64,000 bases of DNA, from NCBI GenBank assembly GCA_024103175.1, contig JAGFJE010000061.1, positions 72 through 64,071 of the forward strand, given 5' to 3'. Origin of the DNA: Phaeodactylibacter sp. Lineage in GTDB: Bacteria > Bacteroidota > Bacteroidia > Chitinophagales > Saprospiraceae. The position numbers and the translations under genes were made by a program. The notes under the pieces are model-generated. The model searched no databases. It saw nothing but the letters and a program-made list of their open reading frames with translations, and was not told where the DNA came from. Below, piece after piece: positions 50,972-62,081 of the stretch. Every line of letters starts with the position of its first letter. Position 1 is the first letter of the stretch.

Positions 50972-53900
50972 ATGAAGAATAAGAATAACGGTGTTTGGAT
51001 CGGGGTAGACCAACTGGCCAACACCCCCGAATACAAAAAAACCACCCAGCAGGAATTCAACAACAACGAAGAAGTATTTGAAAAGGGATACAGCAGCCGC
51101 CGTGATTTTCTGAAATACCTGGGCTTCGGTATCGGAGCTGCTACGCTGGCCGCCAGCTGTGACATTCCCGTCAAGCGCGCTATTCCTTATGTAGTAAAGC
51201 CCGACGAGATCGTGCCCGGCGTCGCCACCTATTACGCTTCCAGTTTTGTACAGGGCGGAGACTATTGCTCCGTACTGGTCAAGACCCGGGAAGGCCGCCC
51301 CATCAAGATCGAGGGCAACAGCCTTTCCAAAGTGACCGGCGGAGGCACCAGCGCCCGGGCGCAGGCCAGCGTGCTGAGCCTGTATGACACCAGCCGCCTG
51401 GACGGCCCCTACCGCGTGGCCGACGGCAAGATCGACAAGCCGGCCGACCGCAATAAAAAAGGCCCGTCCTGGGCGGAGATCGACCAGGAGATCACTTCCA
51501 AGCTGAATGCCAACTCCCGCGTGCGCATCGTCGCGCATACCGTGATGAGCCCGACGGCCAAAAAGGCCATTATGGACTTCCGGACAAAATACCAGAACAC
51601 CGAGCTGGTGATGTACGACCCGGTTTCCAGCTCCGCCATCCTGGAGGCCAACCAGCTGAGCTTCGGCCAGGCGGTAATCCCCGCCTACCACTTCGATAAA
51701 GCCAAGACGATCGTCAGCTTCGACGCCGACTTCCTGGGCACCTGGATCTCTCCGATCGAGTACGCCGCCCAGTACGCCAAGGGCCGGAAGATCGACGATG
51801 TGGAAAACCCGAAGATGTCCCGCCACATACAGGTGGAAAGCCATGTGAGCCTGACCGGCTCCAATGCCGACAACCGCATCATGGCCCGCCCGTCGGAGCA
51901 GGGCGCGGCTATCATCGCCCTCTACAACGCCCTGGCGGGCAAGGCGGGCCTCGCCACGGTGCGCGGGCCACAGCTGGAAGGTGAAAAGGCCGGTAAGATC
52001 CAGAAGGCTGCCGATGAGCTGTGGAGCCACCGCGGCGAAGCTCTGGTCGTTTCCGGTTCCAACAACCTGGGCGAGCAGGTGCTCATCAACGCGATCAACG
52101 ACATGCTGGGCAGCTACGGCAGCACCATCGACTTCACGAACGCTTCCCTGCAGCGCCAGGGGATGGACAAGAATATACAGAACCTCATCAAAGATATGAA
52201 TGCCGGCAGGGTAGACGCGCTTTTCGTTATGGACGGCGCCAACCCGGCCTACGATGTGCCCAATGCCGGCGAGTTCCGCGAGGGCTGCGCCAAGGTTGGC
52301 CTGAAGGTCTCCTTCGCCGGCGTGCCCAATGAAACGGCCTACCTGTGCGATTACATCACCCCCACTCACCACTATCTGGAGAGCTGGGGCGATGTTGAAC
52401 CGAAGCGCGGCCACTACAGCCTCATTCAGCCGGCAATTGCACCCATCTTTGCCAGCGTAGGCCGCCACGGCACCCGGCAGGCAGAGGAAAGCCTGTTGCG
52501 CTGGGCCGGCGTAGAGGCCATGGGAAGCGAAGCCCCGGCCGCTCCGGCAGACACTACGGCCCAAGAGAGCGCCCCCGCTCCGGCGGACAACCCCTACTGG
52601 AAAAAAGCAATGGCCGAAACCGGCTATTTCTACTACGAATACCTGCGCAAGCACTGGGAAGAGCAGTTCTTCCCGCAGCAGAGCGACTTTGCCACCTTCC
52701 AGTCTTTCTGGGACAGCACGCTGCACGACGGCGTTTTTGAGGCGCCGCAGGCCACCATCCTGCAGGCCTTCTCCGCCGATGTGAACGAGGCGGCCAAGCG
52801 CGTCCGCCAGCCCAACAGCAATGCGGAGGCCCTGGAGATCTCCTTCTTCGAAACCGTCAATATGGGCAGCGGCGTATACGCCAACAACCCCTGGCTGATG
52901 GAAATGCCCGACCCGGTCAACCGCTGCTCCTGGGGCAACTACCTGGGCATTCCCGTATCCTGGGAAGGCGGCAACGACTACGTCGCTTTTATGGGCCTGA
53001 ACCCGGATGAGATCAAGGGCAAGGCCGATATGGTGAACGTCTCCATCGGCGGCAAAGAGAGCGCCTGCACGGTAGTCCGCCAGTTTGGCCAGATGCCGGG
53101 AACGCTTTCGCTGGCCATCGGTTACGGCCGGAAGAAGACGGGCCAGATGGGCCGCGCCCTGGGCAATAATGTCGGTACCAACGTATACCCGTGGTTGACG
53201 CTGGACGACAACGGCAACGTTCAGTACTACGCTACCGTGGAGCGTGTTTCCGAACCGGTAGGCGTCGACGATGAGTTCGCCTGTGTACAGTACCACCACG
53301 CCATGGGCCTGAAAGCGGAAGACCCCGATTCGGGCAACGTGATCAACGTGGATGAGAAAACAGCCATGGCGCTGGGCGAAGGCTACCAGGGAGGTATCAC
53401 CAACCGGTCTATTATCTTTCAGGGCCGCCTGGATGAACTGCCGGAGCTGATCCACCACATCGAGGAGCACCGCGCCGAGGCCGCAGAGCTCAACTCCAAG
53501 ACGCTTTATCCGTACGAAGAATATAAGGAAGAATTCTACAGCCAGGGCCACCACTGGATCATGCACGTCGACCTGAACGCCTGCATCGGATGCGGCGCCT
53601 GCCAGGTGGCCTGCATCGCGGAGAACAACGTTCCGGTGGTCGGCAAGCGGGAGGTCTCCCGCCACCACGAGATGACCTGGTTGCGCATCGACCGCTATTT
53701 CTACGGAGACTTCGAGAACCCCAATGTGGTCTATCAGCCGCTGATGTGCCAGCACTGCGACAACGCTCCCTGCGAAAACGTCTGCCCGGTGGCCGCCACC
53801 AACCACAGCTCGGAAGGCCTCAACCAGATGACTTACAACCGCTGTATCGGGACGCGTTACTGCGCCAACAACTGCCCCTACAAGGTGCGCCGCTTCAACT

Positions 53901-54313
53901 GGCTGGATTATACCACCGCCGACCTCTTCGGCGCCAATGAAGTGGAGATGAACGGAGAGAGTGTGCCTTTTGGCGCGGACAACCTCACCCGTATGGTGCT
54001 GAACCCGGACGTGACGGTGCGCTCCCGCGGCGTGATCGAGAAGTGCAGCTTCTGTGTGCAGCGCATCCAGGAAGGCAAACTGACCGCCAAGCGGGAAGGG
54101 CGCATGCTGCGTGACAACGACGTCAAAACGGCCTGCCAGACGGCCTGCCCGACCGGCGCTATCGTCTTCGGCGACAGCAACAACAAGGAAGGGGTTGCCA
54201 CTAAAAAGCTGGACAACCCGCTCAACTACCTGGTACTGGAAGAGATCAACGTGAGGTCTTCCGTCACCTACCAGGCCAAAGTGAACAACCGCAGCGAAGA
54301 GCTGGAAGCATAA
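50972..54313 (+). CDS. actB: Alternative complex III subunit ActB (Tat-exported molybdopterin-oxidoreductase-like plus Fe-S domains)
   Basis: Twin-arginine signal [23 protein letters not shown]-terminal 4Fe-4S motifs [11 protein letters not shown] and [17 protein letters not shown] 50972 is preferred to the ORF-track 50810. Confidence 0.9.
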   Translation: MKNKNNGVWIGVDQLANTPEYKKTTQQEFNNNEEVFEKGYSSRRDFLKYLGFGIGAATLAASCDIPVKRAIPYVVKPDEIVPGVATYYASSFVQGGDYCSVLVKTREGRPIKIEGNSLSKVTGGGTSARAQASVLSLYDTSRLDGPYRVADGKIDKPADRNKKGPSWAEIDQEITSKLNANSRVRIVAHTVMSPTAKKAIMDFRTKYQNTELVMYDPVSSSAILEANQLSFGQAVIPAYHFDKAKTIVSFDADFLGTWISPIEYAAQYAKGRKIDDVENPKMSRHIQVESHVSLTGSNADNRIMARPSEQGAAIIALYNALAGKAGLATVRGPQLEGEKAGKIQKAADELWSHRGEALVVSGSNNLGEQVLINAINDMLGSYGSTIDFTNASLQRQGMDKNIQNLIKDMNAGRVDALFVMDGANPAYDVPNAGEFREGCAKVGLKVSFAGVPNETAYLCDYITPTHHYLESWGDVEPKRGHYSLIQPAIAPIFASVGRHGTRQAEESLLRWAGVEAMGSEAPAAPADTTAQESAPAPADNPYWKKAMAETGYFYYEYLRKHWEEQFFPQQSDFATFQSFWDSTLHDGVFEAPQATILQAFSADVNEAAKRVRQPNSNAEALEISFFETVNMGSGVYANNPWLMEMPDPVNRCSWGNYLGIPVSWEGGNDYVAFMGLNPDEIKGKADMVNVSIGGKESACTVVRQFGQMPGTLSLAIGYGRKKTGQMGRALGNNVGTNVYPWLTLDDNGNVQYYATVERVSEPVGVDDEFACVQYHHAMGLKAEDPDSGNVINVDEKTAMALGEGYQGGITNRSIIFQGRLDELPELIHHIEEHRAEAAELNSKTLYPYEEYKEEFYSQGHHWIMHVDLNACIGCGACQVACIAENNVPVVGKREVSRHHEMTWLRIDRYFYGDFENPNVVYQPLMCQHCDNAPCENVCPVAATNHSSEGLNQMTYNRCIGTRYCANNCPYKVRRFNWLDYTTADLFGANEVEMNGESVPFGADNLTRMVLNPDVTVRSRGVIEKCSFCVQRIQEGKLTAKREGRMLRDNDVKTACQTACPTGAIVFGDSNNKEGVATKKLDNPLNYLVLEEINVRSSVTYQAKVNNRSEELEA

Positions 54314-54384
54314 AAACGAACACAAGGGATCTGGGCCGAAAGGGCCTGACACCCAATTAACAAACTTATAACGCTTCAACTATA

Positions 54385-55803
54385 ATGAGTGCAGTAGTAT
54401 CTCCGATACGCGAACCGTTGATCGAAGGTGGGAAATCGTACCGCCAGATTACCGAGGATATTTGTTCGCCTACTGAAAGCGCCCCCAATGTCGCCTGGAT
54501 AGTGGCCTTTATCATATCTGTGGCGGCTCTGGCCTTCTACGTCTTCTGCGTAGTCTGGACCGTCTGGGTGGGTATCGGTAGCTGGAACCTCAACCGCACC
54601 ATTGGCTGGGGATGGGACATTACCAACTTCGTCTGGTGGATCGGTATCGGCCACGCCGGAACGCTGATCTCGGCCATCCTCCTGCTGTTCCGCCAGAAAT
54701 GGCGCACCGGTGTGAACCGGGCGGCGGAGGCCATGACCATCTTCGCGGTGATGTGCGCCGGCCAGTTCCCCCTTATCCACATGGGGCGCCTGTGGCTGGG
54801 CTTCTTCATCTTTCCGTATCCGAACACCCGGGGGCCGTTGTGGGTGAACTTCAACTCCCCGCTGTTATGGGACGTGTTTGCCATCTCAACTTATTTCACC
54901 GTCTCCCTCCTGTTCTGGTATACGGGCCTGGTTCCGGATTTCGCCACCCTTCGCGACCGCGCCAAGGGCATCCGCAAGAACATCTACAACTTCCTTTCTT
55001 TCGGATGGACCGGCGCCGCCAAGCACTGGCAGCGCTTCGAGAGCCTCTCCCTGGTGCTGGCCGGCCTGGCGACGCCCCTGGTGCTTTCCGTTCACACCAT
55101 CGTATCCTTTGACTTCGCCACCTCCGTGATCCCGGGATGGCATACCACCATCTTCCCGCCCTACTTCGTCGCCGGGGCCATCTTCTCCGGCTTCGCCATG
55201 GTGCAGACCCTGATGGTGATCACCCGCAAGGTGCTGAAGCTGGAGCAATACATCACCCTGGGCCATATAGAAAGTATGAACAAGGTCATTCTGGTGACCG
55301 GCACAATAGTAGGGGTAGCGTACCTGACGGAGCTCTTCATCGCCTGGTACTCCGGTTACATCTACGAACAGTACGCTTTCTACAACCGGGTAATGGGCCC
55401 CTATTACTGGTCGTATATCGGCATGATGTCTTGTAACGTATTGTCTCCGCAGATCTTCTGGTGGAAAAAGATGCGGCGCAGCATCTTCGTCACCTTCGTC
55501 ATGTCCATCTTCGTGAATATCGGGATGTGGTTTGAGCGTTTCGTGATCATCGCCACCACGCTGGCCCGCGATTACCTGCCCTCCAGTTGGAGCTACTATA
55601 CGCCGACCTGGGTTGAGATCGGCCTGTTCGTCGGTACGCTGGGCCTGTTCTTCACCCTCTACCTGATCTTCACCCGCACAGCGCCGGTGGTGGCGGTAGC
55701 GGAGGTTAAGGCCATCCTGAAGTCGGCCGGCGACCAGTATCTGGAGCCGAACGCCAGGCATGCCGCCAAGGTGGTGAAGGAAGAAGTGGAAACGCAGGCG
55801 TAA
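54385..55803 (+). CDS. actC: Alternative complex III subunit ActC (NrfD/PsrC-like quinol-binding membrane subunit)
   Basis: 472-aa polytopic membrane protein directly after actB. Confidence 0.85.
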   Translation: MSAVVSPIREPLIEGGKSYRQITEDICSPTESAPNVAWIVAFIISVAALAFYVFCVVWTVWVGIGSWNLNRTIGWGWDITNFVWWIGIGHAGTLISAILLLFRQKWRTGVNRAAEAMTIFAVMCAGQFPLIHMGRLWLGFFIFPYPNTRGPLWVNFNSPLLWDVFAISTYFTVSLLFWYTGLVPDFATLRDRAKGIRKNIYNFLSFGWTGAAKHWQRFESLSLVLAGLATPLVLSVHTIVSFDFATSVIPGWHTTIFPPYFVAGAIFSGFAMVQTLMVITRKVLKLEQYITLGHIESMNKVILVTGTIVGVAYLTELFIAWYSGYIYEQYAFYNRVMGPYYWSYIGMMSCNVLSPQIFWWKKMRRSIFVTFVMSIFVNIGMWFERFVIIATTLARDYLPSSWSYYTPTWVEIGLFVGTLGLFFTLYLIFTRTAPVVAVAEVKAILKSAGDQYLEPNARHAAKVVKEEVETQA

Positions 55804-55858
55804 ACCCCGCTGGGGCCAAGCAGAAAATAAATTAAAAGACCCTACAATTCACTATACG

Positions 55859-56389
55859 ATGAGCAAAGAAAATAAAGATGTGCTGTACGGCTTATACGAC
55901 GATGAGGAAGTGCTGCTGAAAGCCGTAGACCAGGCCAACGCCGGCCATCTCGAGATCATGGACGTCTTCTCGCCGTTCCCGGTACACGGGCTGGACCCGA
56001 AGCTGGGCCTATCGGAGAGCCGCCTTCACATCGCCGGGTTTGTCTTTGGGGCCATTGGCACCCTCACCGCCTTCTTGTTCATGACCTGGGTGTTTACGCG
56101 GGACTGGCCGATCATCTTCGGGGGAAAGCCCTACTGGTCGGTGCCGGCCTTTATTCCCATCACCTTCGAGCTGACGGTCCTTTTCGCCTCAATCGGTATG
56201 GTAGTGACTTTCTATACCATCTGCGGGATGGCGCCGGGCATCTGGAACCCGATCCTGGATGACCGCATTACCGACGACAAGTTCTGCATCGCTTTCGATG
56301 TGACCGGTTCGGAAGAAGCCGAAAAGGAAAAACTGAAGAGCTTCTTCACCGCTTCCGGCGCCTCCGAAGTGAATACGAAGACGATTTAA
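55859..56389 (+). CDS. actD: Alternative complex III subunit ActD (DUF3341)
   Basis: 176 aa. YGLYDDEEVLLKAVDQANAGHLEIMDVFSPFPVHGLD plus two TM helices, in the actD position. Confidence 0.8.
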   Translation: MSKENKDVLYGLYDDEEVLLKAVDQANAGHLEIMDVFSPFPVHGLDPKLGLSESRLHIAGFVFGAIGTLTAFLFMTWVFTRDWPIIFGGKPYWSVPAFIPITFELTVLFASIGMVVTFYTICGMAPGIWNPILDDRITDDKFCIAFDVTGSEEAEKEKLKSFFTASGASEVNTKTI

Positions 56390-56409
56390 CGTACTTTCAA
56401 CCAAAAGTG

Positions 56410-57330
56410 ATGAAAAACCTGAAACATATAGTCATAGCGATTGTCGCCACCGTTGTACTCTACTCCTGTGCTCCAGCGGACAACAACTTCCCGGGTAGTG
56501 AATACATGCCCGACATGGCCCACTCCATCGCGCAGGAGGCCAATGTCTACAATTACTATCACTACAATACCTGGGACAGCGCCAGCACCGTGCGGCTCAA
56601 GGAACTGTCTTACCCGGGCCTTCCGGTAGAGGGCACGGTGCCGAGAGGGTACGCCGGCCTGTATTTCGCCTCTGAAAAGGGAGAGAACGCCAGCGATGTG
56701 ATGGATCAGCTGCGGGGCGCGGGCGACGTCAACAACATCGCTGTGCCGGTCAACGGCCACGTTCCGTATTACTACGGCGATACCGAAGCGGAGCGCACCC
56801 GGGCAACCGAAGAGATTATTGCCAATCCGTTCCCGATCACCGCCGCGGGCCTGGAAAAGGGCAAGGAACTGTACGTCATTTTCTGCGGGATCTGCCACGG
56901 AGAGAAGGGCAACGGCCTGGGCTATCTGGTCAGCGATGACAACCCCAGCGTCAAATACCCGGCGGCGCCGGCCAACTTCCTGCTGGATGATTTCATCAAT
57001 TCGTCCAACGGGCGTTATTACCACAGCATCATGTACGGAAAGAACGTGATGGGCGCCTACAAGGACAAAATTTCCTACGAAGAACGTTGGCAGGTGATCC
57101 ATTACATCCGCTCCCTGCAGGCAAAGGAGAAGGGCCTGGAATACAGTGAGCAGGCCAATACCCTCAACCCCGATTATGGCGTGCCGGGCAGCCAGGTATC
57201 TACCCTGGCGGAGAGCATTTCCGATGCGGAAGCCGCGCCGGAAGAAGGAACCCCGGCTGAAGAAGAGGCGGCGCCTGCCGAAAGCCAGGGCGAAAGCACC
57301 CACGGAGGCGATAGCACCGGAAAAAAGTAA
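56410..57330 (+). CDS. actE: Alternative complex III subunit ActE (monoheme lipoprotein cytochrome c)
   Basis: Lipobox VLYSC. Single CGICH motif. Acidic low-complexity tail. Confidence 0.8.
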   Translation: MKNLKHIVIAIVATVVLYSCAPADNNFPGSEYMPDMAHSIAQEANVYNYYHYNTWDSASTVRLKELSYPGLPVEGTVPRGYAGLYFASEKGENASDVMDQLRGAGDVNNIAVPVNGHVPYYYGDTEAERTRATEEIIANPFPITAAGLEKGKELYVIFCGICHGEKGNGLGYLVSDDNPSVKYPAAPANFLLDDFINSSNGRYYHSIMYGKNVMGAYKDKISYEERWQVIHYIRSLQAKEKGLEYSEQANTLNPDYGVPGSQVSTLAESISDAEAAPEEGTPAEEEAAPAESQGESTHGGDSTGKK

Positions 57331-57381
57331 CCGGCTTTACCAACTGACTCAATTGACGAAACCTTCAAACAAAGGCATAAA

Positions 57382-58689
57382 ATGAACCAGTTTTCCTTCG
57401 ACAGCAGATTAAAAAACATCCTCATCGGGTTCATGGTTCTGGGCCTGGTATGCCTCGGCATCACCTTTTTTGTGGATGACGAGCTGCACACCCGTTTCTG
57501 GACCAACTATCTGCACAATAGCGTGTTCTTCACGGGTATCGCGCTGATGTCCCTGTTCATCATGGCGGCCTTTACCACGGCCTGGAGCGGATGGCATACC
57601 CTGGTGAAGCGCATATGGGAAGCTTATTCCTTGTTCCTCATACCGGGCCTGATCCTGATGCTGGTCGTCATCATCGGCATCTGGGGCCATTTCCACCACC
57701 TCTACCACTGGGCAGATGCCGAAGCTGTGGCCGCCGACCCCATCCTGCAGGGCAAATCCTCTTTTCTGAACCCCGGCTGGTACACCTTCGGCACCCTCAT
57801 CATCGTAGGGTTGTGGATACTGTTTGCCGTGCGCATCCGCCAGCTTTCCGTTGATGAAGACGCGAACGGCACCACGGATTACGACCACCACCGCAAGATC
57901 CGGATCTGGTCGGCCGCCTTCCTGCCCCTGGCCGGCTTTTCCAGCGCCGCCGTCATCTGGCAGTGGATCATGTCTATCGACGCCCACTGGTACAGTACGC
58001 TTTACGCCTGGTATACCGGCGCCAGCTGGTTCGTAGCCGCCATGGCGCTGACCATTCTGACCATCATTTACCTCAAGAGCAGGGGGTATCTCGAGAAAGT
58101 GAACATCGAGCACCTCCACGACCTGGGCAAGTACATGTTCGCTTTCAGTATTTTCTGGACTTACCTCTGGTTCTCCCAGTACATGCTGATCTGGTACGCC
58201 AACGTGGGGGAAGAGACGGTTTACTTCCTGGAGCGCCGGGAAAACTACCCGGTCCTGTTCTATGGCAACCTGATCCTGAACTTCGTGGCGCCTTTCTTCA
58301 TCCTGATGCGCAACGACACCAAGCGGAAATACGGCACGCTGGTTTTCACTTCCATCGTGGTATTCTTCGGCCACTGGTGGGATTTCTTCCAGATGATCAA
58401 GCCGGGCGCCCGTACGACCGCTATGGAAGCCCTGGCGCACCACGCCGGTGAGCACGGCCACGAAATGATCGCACACGGCGAAATGGGCGCGCACGAACTG
58501 CCCTTCGCCCTGGGCTATACCATTCCCGGCTTCCTCGAACTGGGCACGATGCTCGGCTTCCTGGCGCTGTTCCTGTTCGTCGCATTCGACCGCCTGAGCA
58601 AGGCTTCGCTCGTTCCGAAGAACGATCCTTACCTGGCGGAAAGCCTTCAGCACCACGTAGAGATCCACGGAGAGGAAGGCGCGCACTAA
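57382..58689 (+). CDS. actF: Alternative complex III subunit ActF (second NrfD-like membrane subunit)
   Basis: 435-aa polytopic membrane protein in the actF position. Confidence 0.8.
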   Translation: MNQFSFDSRLKNILIGFMVLGLVCLGITFFVDDELHTRFWTNYLHNSVFFTGIALMSLFIMAAFTTAWSGWHTLVKRIWEAYSLFLIPGLILMLVVIIGIWGHFHHLYHWADAEAVAADPILQGKSSFLNPGWYTFGTLIIVGLWILFAVRIRQLSVDEDANGTTDYDHHRKIRIWSAAFLPLAGFSSAAVIWQWIMSIDAHWYSTLYAWYTGASWFVAAMALTILTIIYLKSRGYLEKVNIEHLHDLGKYMFAFSIFWTYLWFSQYMLIWYANVGEETVYFLERRENYPVLFYGNLILNFVAPFFILMRNDTKRKYGTLVFTSIVVFFGHWWDFFQMIKPGARTTAMEALAHHAGEHGHEMIAHGEMGAHELPFALGYTIPGFLELGTMLGFLALFLFVAFDRLSKASLVPKNDPYLAESLQHHVEIHGEEGAH

Positions 58690-58705
58690 CTAAGTGAAAA
58701 TTGAA

Positions 58706-58732
58706 GTTTATTTAGACGGATTCTAAATAAAC
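58706..58732. promoter_or_regulatory. Palindrome GTTTATTTAGA-N5-TCTAAATAAAC between actF and coxB
   Basis: Perfect 11-bp arms (58706-58716 / 58722-58732). It lies 17 nt after the actF stop, with its centre 113 nt before the coxB ATG. The core is identical to 49339-49361. Confidence 0.5.
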
Positions 58733-58831
58733 TTGGCTATTGATCACAGCCGCACAGTACCTTGTTATATGGCTGTATTTTTACGGACGAAGAGACATCG
58801 TTCAATTTTAAAATAAACTAGAACAGAAATA

Positions 58832-60007
58832 ATGACCGCTTTACTGGCAACAATCTGTCTGATCCTTATTTCGATCATCGTGGTACAGATCGGTAAAGTT
58901 ACCGAACTGGCCGGCAAGATCCGTGGGGAAGAGGAAGTTCAGGAGCAATCCAATAAGCGCCACGCCAATTACTCCCTGATATTCATGGTGCTGTTCCTGG
59001 CCGCCACCCTGGTATCGGCCTGGTATTACAAGGATAGCATGCTGTGGTACGGCCCCAACGAATCGGCATCAGAGCACGGCAGCAGCCTCGACAGTATTTT
59101 CAACATCACGCTCTTTTTTACCGGGCTGGTGTTTATCATCACGCAGATCCTGCTGTTCTACTTCGCCTGGAAATACCGTGGCCAGCGTGGCAGAAAGGCG
59201 TTGTACATGCCGCATGACAACCGCCTGGAGGTGATCTGGACGGTCATTCCGGCAATCGTGATGACCTTCCTGGTCGTTGGCGGCCTGGACGCCTGGAACG
59301 AAGTGATGGCGGACGTAGACCCCAACGAGGAATACATCGAGATCGAAGGCACGGGATATCAGTTCGCCTGGCACCTGCGCTACCCCGGCCCGGATGGCAA
59401 ACTGGGGACGAGGGACTACCGCCTGGTTTCGGGTACCAACCCGCTGGGGCAGGACTGGACGGACCCGAAGAACCTGGACGACTTCCACCCGAGCGAGATC
59501 TACCTGCCGGTCGGCAAGAAGGTTCGCGTACGCATCACAGCGCGCGACGTACTGCACAACTTTTACCTGCCGCACTTCCGCGTGAAGATGGACGCCGTGC
59601 CGGGCATGCCGACTTATTTCGTCTTCACCCCCAAGACGACGACCGAAGAATACCGCCGGAAGCTGGGCGCCCTGAACCTCAACGGGGAACCGATGTACCC
59701 GGAATGGCACGAGCCGGTAGACCCCTCCGACCCGGAGAGCCCCAAGAAGTTTGAGGCCTTTGACTTCGAGCTGGCCTGCGCCGAGCTGTGTGGGGAGGGC
59801 CACTACGCCATGCGCCGGGTGGTCAAGATCGTCTCGGAAGGCGAGTACCAGGATTGGCTCAGCAAGCAGCAGCCCTATTATGAAAGTACCATCAAGGGCA
59901 CGGACGATGACCCCTACAAGGAGGAGGCGGCCCCGGAATCGGAGGTGGAAAGCCAGCCCGAAGAGGCAGAACCGGAAACTCCTCAGACGACAGAGACAAC
60001 AGAGTAA
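58832..60007 (+). CDS. coxB: Cytochrome c oxidase subunit II (CuA)
   Basis: Two N-terminal TM helices. CuA motif HNFYLPHF...CAELCGEGHYAM. Acidic C-terminal tail with no cytochrome c domain. Confidence 0.9.
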   Translation: MTALLATICLILISIIVVQIGKVTELAGKIRGEEEVQEQSNKRHANYSLIFMVLFLAATLVSAWYYKDSMLWYGPNESASEHGSSLDSIFNITLFFTGLVFIITQILLFYFAWKYRGQRGRKALYMPHDNRLEVIWTVIPAIVMTFLVVGGLDAWNEVMADVDPNEEYIEIEGTGYQFAWHLRYPGPDGKLGTRDYRLVSGTNPLGQDWTDPKNLDDFHPSEIYLPVGKKVRVRITARDVLHNFYLPHFRVKMDAVPGMPTYFVFTPKTTTEEYRRKLGALNLNGEPMYPEWHEPVDPSDPESPKKFEAFDFELACAELCGEGHYAMRRVVKIVSEGEYQDWLSKQQPYYESTIKGTDDDPYKEEAAPESEVESQPEEAEPETPQTTETTE

Positions 60008-60070
60008 GGCAATACACAACAATTTTTGAAACCGATATTCCTTTAGGATAATACATAAATTTTTCAGCAG

Positions 60071-61924
60071 ATGGCTAACGTAGAAACCAAACCGGTAGTA
60101 CACGAAGAAGACCTCTTAATTGAGGAGTACGGATACGACGACCACTTTCACGAGCACCACCATGGCGATAAATATCAGTCGAACTTCATTACGACCTATA
60201 TTTTCAGCCAGGACCATAAAATGATCGCCAAGCAATTCCTGATCACAGGTATGTTCTGGGCGATCGTCGGCGCCGCTATGTCTCTGATCTTCCGCCTTCA
60301 ACTGGGTTTTCCGGAAGAGAATATGGCATGGCTGAAGCCGTTGCTCGGCAAATGGATCACCGTCAATGAGGCGGGGATAGGCTCGCTGGCGCCGGAATTC
60401 TATTATGCGCTGGTGACCATGCACGGCACCATCCTGGTATTCTTCGTACTGACAGCCGGCCTTAGCGGTACTTTTGCCAATTTTCTCATTCCGTTGCAGA
60501 TCGGAGCGCGGGATATGGCGTCTCCCTTCCTGAACATGCTGTCCTACTGGTTCTTTTTCCTGTCCGGGCTGATCATGTTCCTGTCCCTGTTCCTGAATAC
60601 GGGCCCCTTTTCCGGAGGATGGACGGCCTACCCGCCGCTCAGCGCCCTGCCACAGGCCTCGAGCGGGTCGGGAGCCGGTATGACCCTGTGGCTGCTCAGC
60701 CTGGTCTTTTTCGTAGTCTCCGTACTACTCGGCGGGATCAACTACATTACCACGATACTCAACCTGCGGACCAAGGGGATGAGCATGTGGCGCATGCCGC
60801 TGACCATCTGGGCGCTCTTTGTAACGGCCATCCTTGGCCTGTTGTCCTTCCCCGTACTGGTATCCGCTTTCCTGTTGGTGATGTTCGACCGTGGCCTGGG
60901 CACCAGCTTCTTCCTCAGTGAGATCTTCATCGGCGGGCAGGCGCTCGACCACGTGGGCGGAAGCCCGGTGTTGTACCAGCACCTGTTCTGGTTCCTCGGC
61001 CACCCGGAGGTGTACATCATCATCCTTCCGGCGATGGGCCTGGTTTCAGAAGTGCTCTCGGTACACTCCCGCAAGCCGATCTTCGGATATAAGGCCATGG
61101 TTTACTCCATTCTGGCCATCGGCTTCCTGTCCTTCATCGTGTGGGCGCACCACATGTTCATGTCTGGTGTGAACCCATTCATCTCCAACTTCTTTGTGAT
61201 CTTTACGCTGATCATCGCAGTGCCTTCGGCGGTCAAGGTATTTAACTGGATCGCCACCCTGTACGGCGGTAACGTCCGGTTCACCGCCGCCAGCCTTTTT
61301 GCCATCGGCTTTGTGTCTATGTTCATTTCCGGCGGTTTGACCGGTATCTTCCTGGGTAATTCCGCCATCGATATTCAGCTGCACGATACCTACTTCGTCG
61401 TGGCTCACTTCCACATCGTGATGGGGGTTGCCGCTTTCTTCGGCATGTTTGCCGGTATCTACAACTGGTTCCCGAAGATGTTCGGCCGCTTCATGAACGA
61501 GACGCTGGGCAAGATCCATTTCTGGGGCACGATCATCGGCGCCTACGCCGTTTTCTGGCCGATGCACTACCTGGGTATGGCCGGCGTCCCCCGCCGCTAC
61601 TACCGGTTTGACAGCTTCGCCGCTTTTGGCCAGTTCGATGCCATGAACCAGTTCATCACCATTGCCGCCATCGTTACCTTCGGCTTCCAGGTCCTGTTTG
61701 TGATCAATTTCTTCTACAGCATCTGGAAAGGCCGCAAGATGACGAGCCGCAACCCCTGGGGGGCGACAACCCTCGAATGGACCACGCCGCTCGAACCCGG
61801 CCACGGCAACTGGCCCGGCAAACTGCCGACGGTACAGCGCTGGGCTTACGACTACGGTAAGGACGGTAAGGAATTCATCCCTCAGATCCAGCCTCTGGAA
61901 GAAGGAGAGAAGGAGGGGCATTGA
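60071..61924 (+). CDS. ctaD: Cytochrome c oxidase subunit I
   Basis: 617 aa. LFWFLGHPEVYIIILP, WAHHMFMSG, HDTYFVVAHFHIVM. Confidence 0.95.
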   Translation: MANVETKPVVHEEDLLIEEYGYDDHFHEHHHGDKYQSNFITTYIFSQDHKMIAKQFLITGMFWAIVGAAMSLIFRLQLGFPEENMAWLKPLLGKWITVNEAGIGSLAPEFYYALVTMHGTILVFFVLTAGLSGTFANFLIPLQIGARDMASPFLNMLSYWFFFLSGLIMFLSLFLNTGPFSGGWTAYPPLSALPQASSGSGAGMTLWLLSLVFFVVSVLLGGINYITTILNLRTKGMSMWRMPLTIWALFVTAILGLLSFPVLVSAFLLVMFDRGLGTSFFLSEIFIGGQALDHVGGSPVLYQHLFWFLGHPEVYIIILPAMGLVSEVLSVHSRKPIFGYKAMVYSILAIGFLSFIVWAHHMFMSGVNPFISNFFVIFTLIIAVPSAVKVFNWIATLYGGNVRFTAASLFAIGFVSMFISGGLTGIFLGNSAIDIQLHDTYFVVAHFHIVMGVAAFFGMFAGIYNWFPKMFGRFMNETLGKIHFWGTIIGAYAVFWPMHYLGMAGVPRRYYRFDSFAAFGQFDAMNQFITIAAIVTFGFQVLFVINFFYSIWKGRKMTSRNPWGATTLEWTTPLEPGHGNWPGKLPTVQRWAYDYGKDGKEFIPQIQPLEEGEKEGH

Positions 61925-61932
61925 GGGGGAGT

Positions 61933-62079
61933 GATTGAAGGAATGAATGATTGAAGGAATGAATGATTGAAGGAATGAATGATTGAAGGAATGAATGATT
62001 GAAGGAATGAATGATTGAAGGAATGAATGATTGAAGGAATGAATAACAGACAGAAGGAATGAATAACAGACAGAAGGAA
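61933..62079. repeat. Seven perfect tandem copies of the 16-mer GATTGAAGGAATGAAT, then 1.75 copies of the 20-mer AACAGACAGAAGGAATGAAT
   Basis: 16-mers at 61933, 61949, 61965, 61981, 61997, 62013 and 62029. 20-mers at 62045-62064 and 62065-62079. The array fills the ctaD-ctaB spacer. Confidence 0.95.
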
Positions 62080-62081
62080 AA

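Noticed and set aside
61933-62044. Possible CRISPR array (regular 16-nt repeats); the same question applies to 28435-28510 and 25082-25134.
   Set aside because: The units are directly abutting with no unique spacers, the repeats are far shorter than CRISPR repeats, and no cas genes are present.
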